A stretch of DNA of 64,000 bases, from positions 24,738 to 88,737 of the forward strand of contig CAYGPK010000003.1 in the NCBI GenBank assembly GCA_964351975.1, read 5' to 3'. Positions 35,536 to 44,745 of the stretch are shown here, one piece after another; position 1 is the stretch's first letter; every line of letters starts with the position of its first letter. The notes under the pieces are model-generated. The model had not been told where the DNA came from. It saw nothing but the letters and a program-made list of their open reading frames with translations, and made no database searches. A program made the translations under genes and the position numbers. Origin of the DNA: an uncultured Methanosarcinales archaeon (GTDB lineage Archaea > Nanobdellota > Nanobdellia > Woesearchaeales > UBA583).

Positions 35536-35538
35536 TAT

Positions 35539-36216
35539 ATGGACTTTAAAACTTATCTAAAGAAATTTGAGAAGAGGATTAATCTTGTAAATTCTCTTTT
35601 TGATAAAAAAGAATTAATAGTTAGTTATGATAAATTAATTTCTGAGAAGAAGGTTGATCATGAGATTTTATACTTTAAATTTGAAGATAAAGAGGAGATA
35701 GGTCTTTTTTTATTTGGTTTTGAGTATTTTTTAAAAGAGTTAGGGGAGCAAGAGTTTAAGAAAGTTCTAGGACAGAATTCTTTGAATTTTAGAATTTACA
35801 AAGCTTATTCAACTTTAAAGAAGAAGCAAAGAAAGATTAAAGTATCAGATATTCTAAATTTTATTCAAAATGAAAAGAAAGATTCTTTAGATTTGCACAA
35901 GATATTAAGAAGGGTTTTGACTATGGCATATTATTTTAATTGGGAGCTTGAGAAAGATAAAAAAGATTTAGAAGGAGATTCAATTATAAAAATTCCAAAT
36001 CAATTTTTAACTAAAGTAACCCAGAGATTTAATTTTGATATAGTTGCTGCAATTTATGAAAATGAAGACTTATTTATATTTTTAAATGCCAGAGGTAAGG
36101 TAAATTTGATATTTAAAGACTTAGATTTTTTTAATAAAAAAGATGTTGAGAATTTAGTTTTTAAGGCTCTTAAGAAAGTTTATTCAATTAAAAAAATAAC
36201 AATTAATGAAAATTGA
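35539..36216 (+). CDS. hypothetical protein
   Basis: ORF only. Overlaps the next gene start by 4 nt. Confidence 0.45.
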   Translation: MDFKTYLKKFEKRINLVNSLFDKKELIVSYDKLISEKKVDHEILYFKFEDKEEIGLFLFGFEYFLKELGEQEFKKVLGQNSLNFRIYKAYSTLKKKQRKIKVSDILNFIQNEKKDSLDLHKILRRVLTMAYYFNWELEKDKKDLEGDSIIKIPNQFLTKVTQRFNFDIVAAIYENEDLFIFLNARGKVNLIFKDLDFFNKKDVENLVFKALKKVYSIKKITINEN

Positions 36217-36938
36217 GTTTATTTAAAAGAAAAGAGATAGTATTTCCAACAGAGATTAAAATTGCTGATATGGAGTATAAAATTGAAGTTATTATTTCAA
36301 AAAAGAAGAATTCTTCAGTTAGAATTAAAGATAATACTTTAGTTTTTAGGTTATCTTCTTATTTATCAAATAATAAAAAAGAAGAACATTTCAAACATTT
36401 ACTATTAAAAATTTCAAAGAAAATAGAAATTTCTCCTGTTAAGAAAAGCATTACTTTTTATGATATAATGAATAATAAGGAATTTACTTTTTCAAATGAA
36501 AGATATTATATTGAGTATACTAAGAATCGAGGTGTTAAATTAAAAGAGAATACTTTCTATGTGAATCCAACATCTAAATTAGAGGTTATTGAGAAAAAGT
36601 TTGTAAAAATTTTAATTGAGAGATACTATGAGCGAACTAAAAATTATTTGTACACATTAAATTCTCAAACGTATAATTATCCTATTAAGGACTTTCAGCT
36701 AAAATTAGTTAGTTCAAAATGGGGACATTGTAGCAGTGATAATGTTATTTTACTTAATTTAAAATTACTAAATACAGATATTGAGGTTTTTAATTATGTT
36801 ATTTTTCATGAAATTGCTCATATCAAAGTTAAGAACCATTCAGAGAGATTTTGGCGTGAGGTTTCAAGGTTTTGTCCTAATTACAAGTCGTTACGAAAAA
36901 AATTAAAGGAAAACTCCCCAGATTTATTTGTAGAATGA
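36213..36938 (+). CDS. YgjP/DUF45-type zinc metallohydrolase (HExxH)
   Basis: KWGHCSSDNVILLNLKLL...VIFHEIAHIKVKNHSERFW. Confidence 0.75.
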   Translation: MSLFKRKEIVFPTEIKIADMEYKIEVIISKKKNSSVRIKDNTLVFRLSSYLSNNKKEEHFKHLLLKISKKIEISPVKKSITFYDIMNNKEFTFSNERYYIEYTKNRGVKLKENTFYVNPTSKLEVIEKKFVKILIERYYERTKNYLYTLNSQTYNYPIKDFQLKLVSSKWGHCSSDNVILLNLKLLNTDIEVFNYVIFHEIAHIKVKNHSERFWREVSRFCPNYKSLRKKLKENSPDLFVE

Positions 36939-37672
36939 AAAAAAGATATCAAAATTATGATGATTTTGTACGAGAACATACACTTGAAGATAAGAATGAT
37001 AACTATCCAATTACTTATTCTTTAATTATTATTTTATTTTTGATTTATCTTTTTGAAGTTTTTTATTTATCTAAACATCAAGTTTTATTTGATTTACTTG
37101 TCACAAGTCCGCTTCATTTACTTAATGGTAATTTTTATAGTGTTTTGACATCAGTTTTTTTACATGCTGATATAGTTCATCTTTTATCGAATTGTCTTGC
37201 TCTTTTTATTTTTGGAACTGTTGTTGAAAAACATTTAAAATTTAAGATGTTATTTGTATTTATTGGAAGTGGAGTTATTGCGAATTTGGTTTCACATGGT
37301 ATTTCATTTTTAACAGGAGATATTTTTTCAAGTCTAGGTGCAAGTGGCGGAATTGCTGGACTTATAATTTTTGCAATACTTTTTGATCCTATTTCTTTTA
37401 CTAAAATATTTATTTTACCGATTCCGATTTTTATTTTAGGGTGGCTTTTAATTTTATCAGATATAATTGGGTTAAGTAATCCTTCCCAAGTAAATCATTT
37501 TGCACATCTTGGAGGTTACTTAGCACTTTTAGTTTTATTTTTCTTTTTAGAATTTAGACATAGGAAAAAAATAATGCTTGGTTTTGTCATAAATTTATTT
37601 TTATTAGTTCTAACTTATTCTTTAGTTAGTTTCACTGATGTTGAAAAAATAAGATTGTTTATTGGGTTTTAA
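36935..37672 (+). CDS. rhomboid family intramembrane serine protease
   Basis: Motifs FLHADIVHLLSN, GASGGIAGL and HLGGYL. Confidence 0.88.
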   Translation: MKKRYQNYDDFVREHTLEDKNDNYPITYSLIIILFLIYLFEVFYLSKHQVLFDLLVTSPLHLLNGNFYSVLTSVFLHADIVHLLSNCLALFIFGTVVEKHLKFKMLFVFIGSGVIANLVSHGISFLTGDIFSSLGASGGIAGLIIFAILFDPISFTKIFILPIPIFILGWLLILSDIIGLSNPSQVNHFAHLGGYLALLVLFFFLEFRHRKKIMLGFVINLFLLVLTYSLVSFTDVEKIRLFIGF

Positions 37673-37692
37673 AATAGAAAAAATTAATATTT

Positions 37693-38190
37693 TTATTTAC
37701 TTACGATTCCTTCATGCTCAGAAATATTTCTTTTAAGCATTTCAATTTTTCTATCTTTGTTTTCTTCGTTCATTAAAGAACCACAAACAGGGCAAGTAAA
37801 ATTATTTTCTAATGAATCCTCAAAAGAAAGTCTTTTACAAAAATTTGGACAAATGTAGAAAGTACTGTTTTCTTCATTTTCCAGTCTTTCTTTGAATTGT
37901 TCAAGTTTCTTTTTCTTTTCATTCATATAAACAGTTTCAAAATTTTGTGCTACAACCTTCCAATAATATAGATACCATCCTTTTTCTTTATCTTTTCTTC
38001 TATCATAGTCAATTAAATTTTTAGATTTTAACTCGTATAATATACTTCTAATTTGACTTACTGTAAATCCTATTTCTTCACTAATATCAAATTCTGATGC
38101 ACCTGGGTTTGAATAAAGGTACTCAACTACTTGGGAAGCTTCTTCTCCAACTAATTCGTAAGTTATGTCTAAGATTTTTTCTATTTCCAT
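37693..38190 (-). CDS. tfe: transcription factor E (TFIIE-alpha homologue)
   Basis: N-terminal winged helix (VSQIRSILYELKSKNLIDY) and a zinc ribbon (CPNFCKR...CPVCGS). Confidence 0.88.
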   Translation of the reverse strand: MEIEKILDITYELVGEEASQVVEYLYSNPGASEFDISEEIGFTVSQIRSILYELKSKNLIDYDRRKDKEKGWYLYYWKVVAQNFETVYMNEKKKKLEQFKERLENEENSTFYICPNFCKRLSFEDSLENNFTCPVCGSLMNEENKDRKIEMLKRNISEHEGIVSK

Positions 38191-38323
38191 ATCCTCATAT
38201 GGTTTTCAGGGTTTATAAATGTATTTGTTTTATTGATATAATAAGTATATAGTAATATATATTTAAGAAATTTTGACTTTATTTTTACCATATTTTGAAG
38301 GTTTGTTCCTTTTTCCTTTTTTT

Positions 38324-38347
38324 AGGAGTAACAAACCTATTTAAATA
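38324..38347 (+). promoter_or_regulatory. archaellin-1 promoter: AGGAGTAACAAACC + TATTTAAATA
   Basis: TATA is centred about 25 nt upstream of the ATG at 38367. The motif is shared with 39679, 14331 and 25840(-). Confidence 0.6.
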
Positions 38348-38366
38348 ATTTTTGTGGAATAATGAT

Positions 38367-38981
38367 ATGGTTTTCAATAAATCCAAAAAAGCGGCAGAGG
38401 GTATTGGTACTTTAATTATCTTTATTGCCTTAATTTTAGTGGCTGCAGTTGCTGCAGGTGTTTTGATTCAAACAGCTAGTAGTTTACAATCAAAGAGTTT
38501 AGATGTTGGAAGGCAATCTCAAGAAAAGATTACAACAGATATTGAAGTTGTTCAAATTTTTGCAGATGGTACTAGTGATGGTGCAATTACTGATACTTCA
38601 GATAATGTTACACTTGTTGTAAGATTAGGTTCAGGAAGTTCTCCCGTTAAACTAGAAGATCTTTTACTTAGAATGGACACTCAATCAGGTTCACAATCTT
38701 TAGTTTATATTACTACTTGGAATTCATCAGAAACTGATATTTCATTTTATAATAATGAGGCATATGGTATTACTTACAAAATTAATGGATCTAATAATGC
38801 TGAAGGATATTTGAGCGTAGGAGATTTAGCAGAAATTAAATTTACTTATGATTCAGTAGGAGATATTGTTGAAGGTGAGACTGCAACAGTTAGACTTGTT
38901 GCTAAAAATGGAGCTGTAAAACCAGTTCAAGTAACAACTCCAAGCGCAATGCTTGACACAATTACATATTTATACCCATAA
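38367..38981 (+). CDS. flaB: archaellin (archaeal flagellin) 1
   Basis: KKAAEGIGTLIIFIALILVAAVAAGVLIQTASSLQSKSLDVGRQSQEK is the canonical archaellin N-terminus. The ATG at 38367 is preferred to the TTG at 38352. Confidence 0.92.
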   Translation: MVFNKSKKAAEGIGTLIIFIALILVAAVAAGVLIQTASSLQSKSLDVGRQSQEKITTDIEVVQIFADGTSDGAITDTSDNVTLVVRLGSGSSPVKLEDLLLRMDTQSGSQSLVYITTWNSSETDISFYNNEAYGITYKINGSNNAEGYLSVGDLAEIKFTYDSVGDIVEGETATVRLVAKNGAVKPVQVTTPSAMLDTITYLYP

Positions 38982-38984
38982 AAA

Positions 38985-39578
38985 ATGATGATGCATAATA
39001 TGAATAAAAAAGCGGCAGAAGGTATTGGAACTTTAATTATTTTTATTGCCTTAATTCTTGTTGCTGCAGTTGCTGCAGGTGTTTTGATTCAAACAGCTAG
39101 TAGTTTACAATCAAAGAGTTTAGATGTTGGAAGGCAATCTCAAGAAAAGATTACAACAGATATTGAAATAATTCAAGTATTTGCTAATGACACTAGTGAT
39201 GGTGGAATTACAAATGGTAATGATACTATTACTATGGTTGTAAGATTGGGTTCAGGAAGTTCTCCTATTGCTTTAACTGATTTATTAGTTCGAATGGATA
39301 CACAAAGTGGATCTCAGTCAGTTACATATTCAGGTGGTTCTGTAGGTAGTACTACTGAGTATGGAATTGATTATAAAATTGTTGGATCAAATAATAGAAC
39401 TGGTTACTTAACAGTTGGAGATTTAGCAGAGATTAATTTTATTTATAATGTTCCAAGCGTTATTGTTGAAGGTGAGACTGCAACTATTAGACTTGTTGCA
39501 AAGAATGGAGCTGTAAAACCAGTTCAAATGACTACTCCATCAGCAATGCTTGATACAATCACTTATTTATATCCATAA
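38985..39578 (+). CDS. flaB: archaellin 2
   Basis: Same N-terminus and same C-terminal ...AMLDTITYLYP. Starts 3 nt after archaellin 1. The true start may be the ATG at 39000. Confidence 0.9.
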   Translation: MMMHNMNKKAAEGIGTLIIFIALILVAAVAAGVLIQTASSLQSKSLDVGRQSQEKITTDIEIIQVFANDTSDGGITNGNDTITMVVRLGSGSSPIALTDLLVRMDTQSGSQSVTYSGGSVGSTTEYGIDYKIVGSNNRTGYLTVGDLAEINFIYNVPSVIVEGETATIRLVAKNGAVKPVQMTTPSAMLDTITYLYP

Positions 39579-39678
39579 GTGGATAGATATAAATCCTATT
39601 CTTTTTCTTATTTAATTTAGTTGAATTTTAATTATTTTAATCTCAAAAATACTATATCTCTTTTCATTTTTCTTTTTT

Positions 39679-39703
39679 AAGGAGTGACAAACATATTTAA
39701 GTA
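39679..39703 (+). promoter_or_regulatory. archaellin-3 promoter: AAGGAGTGACAAACA + TATTTAAGTA
   Basis: Homologous to the 38324 promoter, here about 50 nt upstream of the ATG. Confidence 0.5.
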
Positions 39704-39747
39704 TTTTAGTTGTATATTAATTACAAATATATATTAAATTTATAAAA

Positions 39748-40341
39748 ATGGTTAGATATGTTAATAATAAAAAAGCAGCGGAAGGTATAGGTACATTAAT
39801 TATCTTTATTGCTTTAATCTTAGTAGCTGCAGTTGCTGCAGGTGTTTTGATTCAGACTGCAAGTAGTCTGCAATCCAAGAGTTTAGATGTTGGGAGACAA
39901 TCCCAAGAGAAGATTACAACAGATATTGAAATTGTTCAAGTCTTTGTAGCTGACACTAGTGATGGTAATATTACTGATACAACAGATAATGTTACTATGG
40001 TTGTAAGATTAGGTTCAGGAAGTAGTCCAGTAAAATTAGCTGATTTACTTGTTAGAATGGATACACAAGGTGGTTCACAATCAGTTACTTATAGTGATAG
40101 TAGTGCTTTTAGTGTTACAGAATATGGAATTCAGTATAAAATTAATGGTTCTAATAATGCTGATGGTTATTTAAGTGTTGGAGATTTAGCAGAAATTTCA
40201 TTTACATATGATGCTACAGGAGATATTGTTGAAGGTGAAACTGCAACAATTAGAATGGTTGCTAAAAATGGTGCTGTGAAACCAGTCCAAGTAACAACTC
40301 CAAGTGCAATGCTTGATACTATTACTTATTTATACCCTTAA
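39748..40341 (+). CDS. flaB: archaellin 3
   Basis: Same family as the two preceding genes, with its own promoter. Confidence 0.92.
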   Translation: MVRYVNNKKAAEGIGTLIIFIALILVAAVAAGVLIQTASSLQSKSLDVGRQSQEKITTDIEIVQVFVADTSDGNITDTTDNVTMVVRLGSGSSPVKLADLLVRMDTQGGSQSVTYSDSSAFSVTEYGIQYKINGSNNADGYLSVGDLAEISFTYDATGDIVEGETATIRMVAKNGAVKPVQVTTPSAMLDTITYLYP

Positions 40342-40358
40342 TCAGAGATTTAGGGTCC

Positions 40359-40398
40359 CTTCAATTTTAATTGAAGATATCCTTAATTTTTTTTACTT
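40359..40398 (+). terminator. hairpin (CTTCAATT..AATTGAAG) followed by a T-run
   Basis: The palindrome at 40359-40376 is followed by TAATTTTTTTT. Lies just after the archaellin-3 stop. Confidence 0.55.
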
Positions 40399-40542
40399 TA
40401 TTTTTTTTGTTATTCTTAAATTTTAATTAACATAAGAAGAATTTTTAATCTTAAATTTTTAATAATTTATTCTTAGTTATTTCATAACTACTATTTAAAA
40501 TAACAAATATTTATAATCCCATTTTTTACTTAAATTATTAGG

Positions 40543-40632
40543 ATGTTGTATATTAAAAGACTAAAATTAAAAGATGAACACACTCACTTTATACGTTCTT
40601 TACCTTTTTATTTTAAATGGAGGGTTTGCTAG
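40543..40632 (+). other. 29-codon upstream ORF duplicating the first 10 codons of smc
   Basis: ATGTTGTATATTAAAAGACTAAAATTAAAAGA versus the smc start ATGTCGTATATTAAAAGGTTAAAATTAAAGGG. BRE/TATA at 40502-40516 is positioned for this ATG. The uORF stop is 3 nt before the smc ATG, and GGAGGG lies at 40619-40624. Confidence 0.35.
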
Positions 40633-40635
40633 AAA

Positions 40636-43600
40636 ATGTCGTATATTAAAAGGTTAAAATTAAAGGGTTTTAAATCGTTTGCAAATCCCACAGTTTTAAC
40701 ATTTGAAAAAGGATTTAATACTGTTGTTGGTGCTAATGGTTCTGGAAAGTCAAATATTTTTGATGCACTTTGTTTTGTACTTGGAAGACTTAGTTCAAAA
40801 GAGTTAAGAACTGAAAAGCTTGGAAATTTAGTTTTTAATGGTGGAAAGAATTTGAAACCTGCAAAAGAAGCTGAGATTAGTATTTATTTATCTAATGAAG
40901 ATAGAGAATTATTAAATGTTGATTTAGATGAAGTAAAAGTTAGTCGTGTTGTTAGTAACAAGGGTCAATCCAAATATCTTCTTAATAATGAAAAAGTAAC
41001 TAGAACAGAAATAGTTGAAATTTTAGGAAGGGCATCAATTGATCCTGATGGTTATAATATTATTTTACAAGGAGATATTATGAGAATAGTTAATATGACT
41101 CCTGTTGAAAGACGTGGCCTTATAGAAGAGATCTCAAATATTTCAGGTTATGAAGATAAGAGAGAAAAAGCTGTTAAAAAACTTGATAAGGTTGAACTTG
41201 ATTTAAAAGAAGCTGATCTTTTAATGGAAGAGAAGACTAAATATATTAAAGAGCTTAAATCTGAAAAAGAACAAGCAGAGAAATATAATAAAGCAAAAGA
41301 AGAGTTTAGATTCAATGGACTTTTATTAATTAAATCTAAAATTATTCGAAATAAAACTTTGAAAGTTAAAAAAGAAGAGGAACTTCAAGCAAAGGAAGAG
41401 AAATTAGGCGAATTTAGAGCAAAGCTAGATGAGTTTGAGAAGGAAAGTAAGAGTATTGATGATAAGGTTCAAAGTTTAGAAAAAGAGATTGAGATTAAGT
41501 CACACCAAGATTTTATTTCATTAACAAATAGAATTACAGAAATAGAATCAGAATTAAAATCTTTGAATGAGAAAAAAGCGGAGAATAAAAAATCTGTAGA
41601 AGAGATTAAAGGTCGTGATAAGAATATTCGTGAGACTATTTCTAAGACTAAATCTGAAATTGAAAAATTAGAATCAGAAATTAAAACTTTAGATTCTAAG
41701 AAACAAAAAATTGAGAGTAGCTTAAAAGAAATCGAAGGTAAATTGTCAGTTGTTAAAAAAGGGGTTTCTTCTGATTCATTTGATAAAATTGATGAGATTG
41801 AATCTGAACTTGATAGTTTAAATTCTAAAAAACATGATAAGAATTTAATTCGTCAAGATAATTCTATTCAGGTTGAAAAACTTAATACTAAGCTTGAGCA
41901 CTTAGAAGAAGAGAGAAAAAAGATTGAGAGTTTAAATCAAACAAATAAAGATCAATTTAAAGAATTAGATAAATTAAGAGTTGAGCTTAAAAAATTAATC
42001 ATTTCTGTTTCTGAAAAAACAAATAAGGATTCTGAGACTTCATCTAAACTTTCAAAATTACAAATAGAGTATGAGGAAATTTTATCAGAACATAATAGAA
42101 TGAGAATGAAATTGGATTCATCACGTGAAGCTAATGCTTCTAATAAAGCTGTTGATACAATTTTGAAATTTAAAGATCGAGATTCAAATATTTTTGGAAC
42201 AGTTGCACAGCTTGCGTCAGTTCCAGAAAAGTATTCTCTTGCACTAGAGACTGCAGCTGGAAGATCACTTTTTAATATTGTTGTTAATGATGATAAAAGT
42301 GCTGTTAAATATATTAATTATTTAAAAGATAATAGGGTTGGAAGTGCAACTTTCTTGCCTTTAAATAAAGTTAATGCTAAGTTTAAACTAGACGATTCAG
42401 TTTTAAATAAGAAAGGAGTTATTGATTATGCTCTTAATTTAATTAAATTTGATAAGAGATATGAGAATATTTTTCATTTAATTTTTGGTGATTTACTTGT
42501 TATTGAAAAAGTTGAAGATGCCAGAGGAATTGGTATTGGTGATTATAAAATGATAACTCTTGATGGAGATTTAGTTACAAAATCAGGGGCTATGAGTGGT
42601 GGATTTAAAAGCCGTAAACAAGGTCTTGGTTTATTTAAAGACGATAAACTTGAGAAAAGAGCTTCTGAAATTGAGTCAAGAATTATTTCACTTAAATCTT
42701 CAATTGATTTATTAAAAGATGATAAAGGAACTCTTGAAAAAGAAATTTATGATTTAAGACATAAGAAGATTGAAGTTGAAGGTGAAATTGCAAAGTTTGA
42801 AAAGATTTTATCTATTGAAGGAAGGGATTCAAAATCTATAAGTAATGATATTGAGGCAATATTTTCTGATAAATCAGTTATTGAAAATAGTTTAAAGAAA
42901 ACTGATAAGGAAATGGAAGATATTGATTCAAAGATTAAAGTATTAACTTCTAAAAAGCTTGAGCTTCGTGGTGGAGCAGGTAATTCTCAAGGTTCAATAT
43001 TATCACAAATAACTAAACTTGAAGAAGAGAGAGATAAGATTCGTGAGGAGTTAAGAGATGTTACTTCACAAGTTGATTCAAGAAACATGAAATTAAAGAG
43101 TGTTTTAAAACCTGAGATTACAAATTTAGATAAAATTTTAATTGAAGCTGCAAAGTCACTTGATAAATTAACTGAATCACTAAAGGTTCTTGATGAGAAA
43201 GTTAGTTCTTTAAACTCTGAGTTAAAGGAAAAAAGAGAGAGAGAAAAAGAACTTTCAAAAGGTTATAAATCACTTATTGCAGAGAGAGATAAACTTCGTG
43301 AAAATAAAAAGAAACTTGAGGTTAAATATGAAAAAGAATTTGAAGGATTTGATAAGATTAAAGAAGTTTGTGCTCAGCTTAGATATGCAATTTCAGATTA
43401 TGATAATCTAAATGCTAATTTAGATGAAGAGCTTGAAGTATTTTATAACCAAGTTAAAGTTGAATTAGTTGGAGAGGATGAAGATAATAATGAAGGAATT
43501 AAAGAACTTGAAAATTTGCTTTCTGAAGTTGAAGATAAAATTAAGAAAGGAAGTATTGATGTTAAAGAGTTACAAAATAAAGTTAATAATTTAAAAACAC

Positions 43601-44247
43601 GACTTAGTAGCTTTGGTTCAATTAATATGAAAGCAGTTGAAGTGTATGACAAACTTAAAGAAGAATTTGATAATCTTTTACGAAAGAGAGAAACTCTTAA
43701 TGAAGAAAAAGCTGAAATTTTAATTTTTATTGGTGAGATGGATGAGAAGAAGAAAGAGAGGTTTATGGAAACTTTTAATAAACTTAAAGGGCATTTTATT
43801 GATACTTTTGCAAAGCTTTCAACAAAGGGTGTTGTTGAATTAAATATTGAAAATGAAGATGATTTATTTAATTCTGGTGTTGAGATTAAAGTTAGGCTAT
43901 CTGAGAAGAATTATTTAGATATTAAATCTTTATCAGGTGGAGAAAAGACAATTACTGCAGTTGCTTTTATTTTTGCAGTTCAAGAGTTTAGTCCAGCAAG
44001 TTTCTATATTTTAGATGAAATTGATGCTGCTCTTGATATTATGAATTGTGAGAAATTAGGTAAGTTAATTAAGAGTAATGCTCATAAAGCGCAGTATATT
44101 GTGGTAAGTCACAGTGAGCATTTTATTCAAAGTAGTGAGACAATTTATGGTGTAACTATGGATTCAAATAAGATAAGTAGTGTTGTAAGTTTAGATTTAA
44201 GAGATGTTAAAGATCATGTAGATAGTGATGAAATCACTATCAAATGA
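40636..44247 (+). CDS. smc: chromosome segregation protein SMC
   Basis: Walker A GANGSGKSN, long coiled coils, a hinge (GVIDYALNLIKFD...), signature LSGGEKT and Walker B FYILDEIDAALD. Confidence 0.95.
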   Translation: MSYIKRLKLKGFKSFANPTVLTFEKGFNTVVGANGSGKSNIFDALCFVLGRLSSKELRTEKLGNLVFNGGKNLKPAKEAEISIYLSNEDRELLNVDLDEVKVSRVVSNKGQSKYLLNNEKVTRTEIVEILGRASIDPDGYNIILQGDIMRIVNMTPVERRGLIEEISNISGYEDKREKAVKKLDKVELDLKEADLLMEEKTKYIKELKSEKEQAEKYNKAKEEFRFNGLLLIKSKIIRNKTLKVKKEEELQAKEEKLGEFRAKLDEFEKESKSIDDKVQSLEKEIEIKSHQDFISLTNRITEIESELKSLNEKKAENKKSVEEIKGRDKNIRETISKTKSEIEKLESEIKTLDSKKQKIESSLKEIEGKLSVVKKGVSSDSFDKIDEIESELDSLNSKKHDKNLIRQDNSIQVEKLNTKLEHLEEERKKIESLNQTNKDQFKELDKLRVELKKLIISVSEKTNKDSETSSKLSKLQIEYEEILSEHNRMRMKLDSSREANASNKAVDTILKFKDRDSNIFGTVAQLASVPEKYSLALETAAGRSLFNIVVNDDKSAVKYINYLKDNRVGSATFLPLNKVNAKFKLDDSVLNKKGVIDYALNLIKFDKRYENIFHLIFGDLLVIEKVEDARGIGIGDYKMITLDGDLVTKSGAMSGGFKSRKQGLGLFKDDKLEKRASEIESRIISLKSSIDLLKDDKGTLEKEIYDLRHKKIEVEGEIAKFEKILSIEGRDSKSISNDIEAIFSDKSVIENSLKKTDKEMEDIDSKIKVLTSKKLELRGGAGNSQGSILSQITKLEEERDKIREELRDVTSQVDSRNMKLKSVLKPEITNLDKILIEAAKSLDKLTESLKVLDEKVSSLNSELKEKREREKELSKGYKSLIAERDKLRENKKKLEVKYEKEFEGFDKIKEVCAQLRYAISDYDNLNANLDEELEVFYNQVKVELVGEDEDNNEGIKELENLLSEVEDKIKKGSIDVKELQNKVNNLKTRLSSFGSINMKAVEVYDKLKEEFDNLLRKRETLNEEKAEILIFIGEMDEKKKERFMETFNKLKGHFIDTFAKLSTKGVVELNIENEDDLFNSGVEIKVRLSEKNYLDIKSLSGGEKTITAVAFIFAVQEFSPASFYILDEIDAALDIMNCEKLGKLIKSNAHKAQYIVVSHSEHFIQSSETIYGVTMDSNKISSVVSLDLRDVKDHVDSDEITIK

Positions 44248-44353
44248 TCTGCGAGAATGCACGAAGTAAATGTACTCAGATCACACCTCTGATGAGGCTG
44301 CGCCTGCTAAAGGTTAGGCATAAATTTATAATTTCTTTTTTATAATTTTATTT

Positions 44354-44707
44354 ATGATAAAACAAGAATCAATAGAACAGATAATCATGTCCTCAATTTC
44401 AGAGGCTATTATTGAGAGTAATATGAAAAAGACTAGATATTCATTTAGTGAAATTAAAGAACTGGTCTATGGTGTTCCTACAAATTCATTTTGGAGTATT
44501 TTAAACCCATTTACTAGAAGGAGAGACTTTGATTTATTATTTGCTCTTGAAGATCTTGTAGAAGGTGGATATTTGAGAAGGGAGCAAAGTATTTTAGAAG
44601 ATGGAACAGATTTTTTTTATTTTGCAAAAGGAAATACTCCTTATAATTTTAGTACACCTTCAAATTTAGCAGGGAATCGTTCTTTAGTTTTTCAACCTTC
44701 AAGTTAA
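44354..44707 (+). CDS. hypothetical protein
   Basis: ORF with a leaderless-type promoter (TATA at 44322-44331). Confidence 0.45.
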   Translation: MIKQESIEQIIMSSISEAIIESNMKKTRYSFSEIKELVYGVPTNSFWSILNPFTRRRDFDLLFALEDLVEGGYLRREQSILEDGTDFFYFAKGNTPYNFSTPSNLAGNRSLVFQPSS

Positions 44708-44745
44708 TATAATATCTTATATCTTTTTAATTTTAGGAATTATTA

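Noticed and set aside
44248-44330. C/D box sRNA or hammerhead ribozyme (CUGAUGA present)
   Set aside because: There is no properly spaced C/D'/C'/D set: AUGAUCU is imperfect, the spacers are 24 nt or too short, and there is no terminal CUGA. For a hammerhead the GAAA core element is missing (CUAAAG instead).
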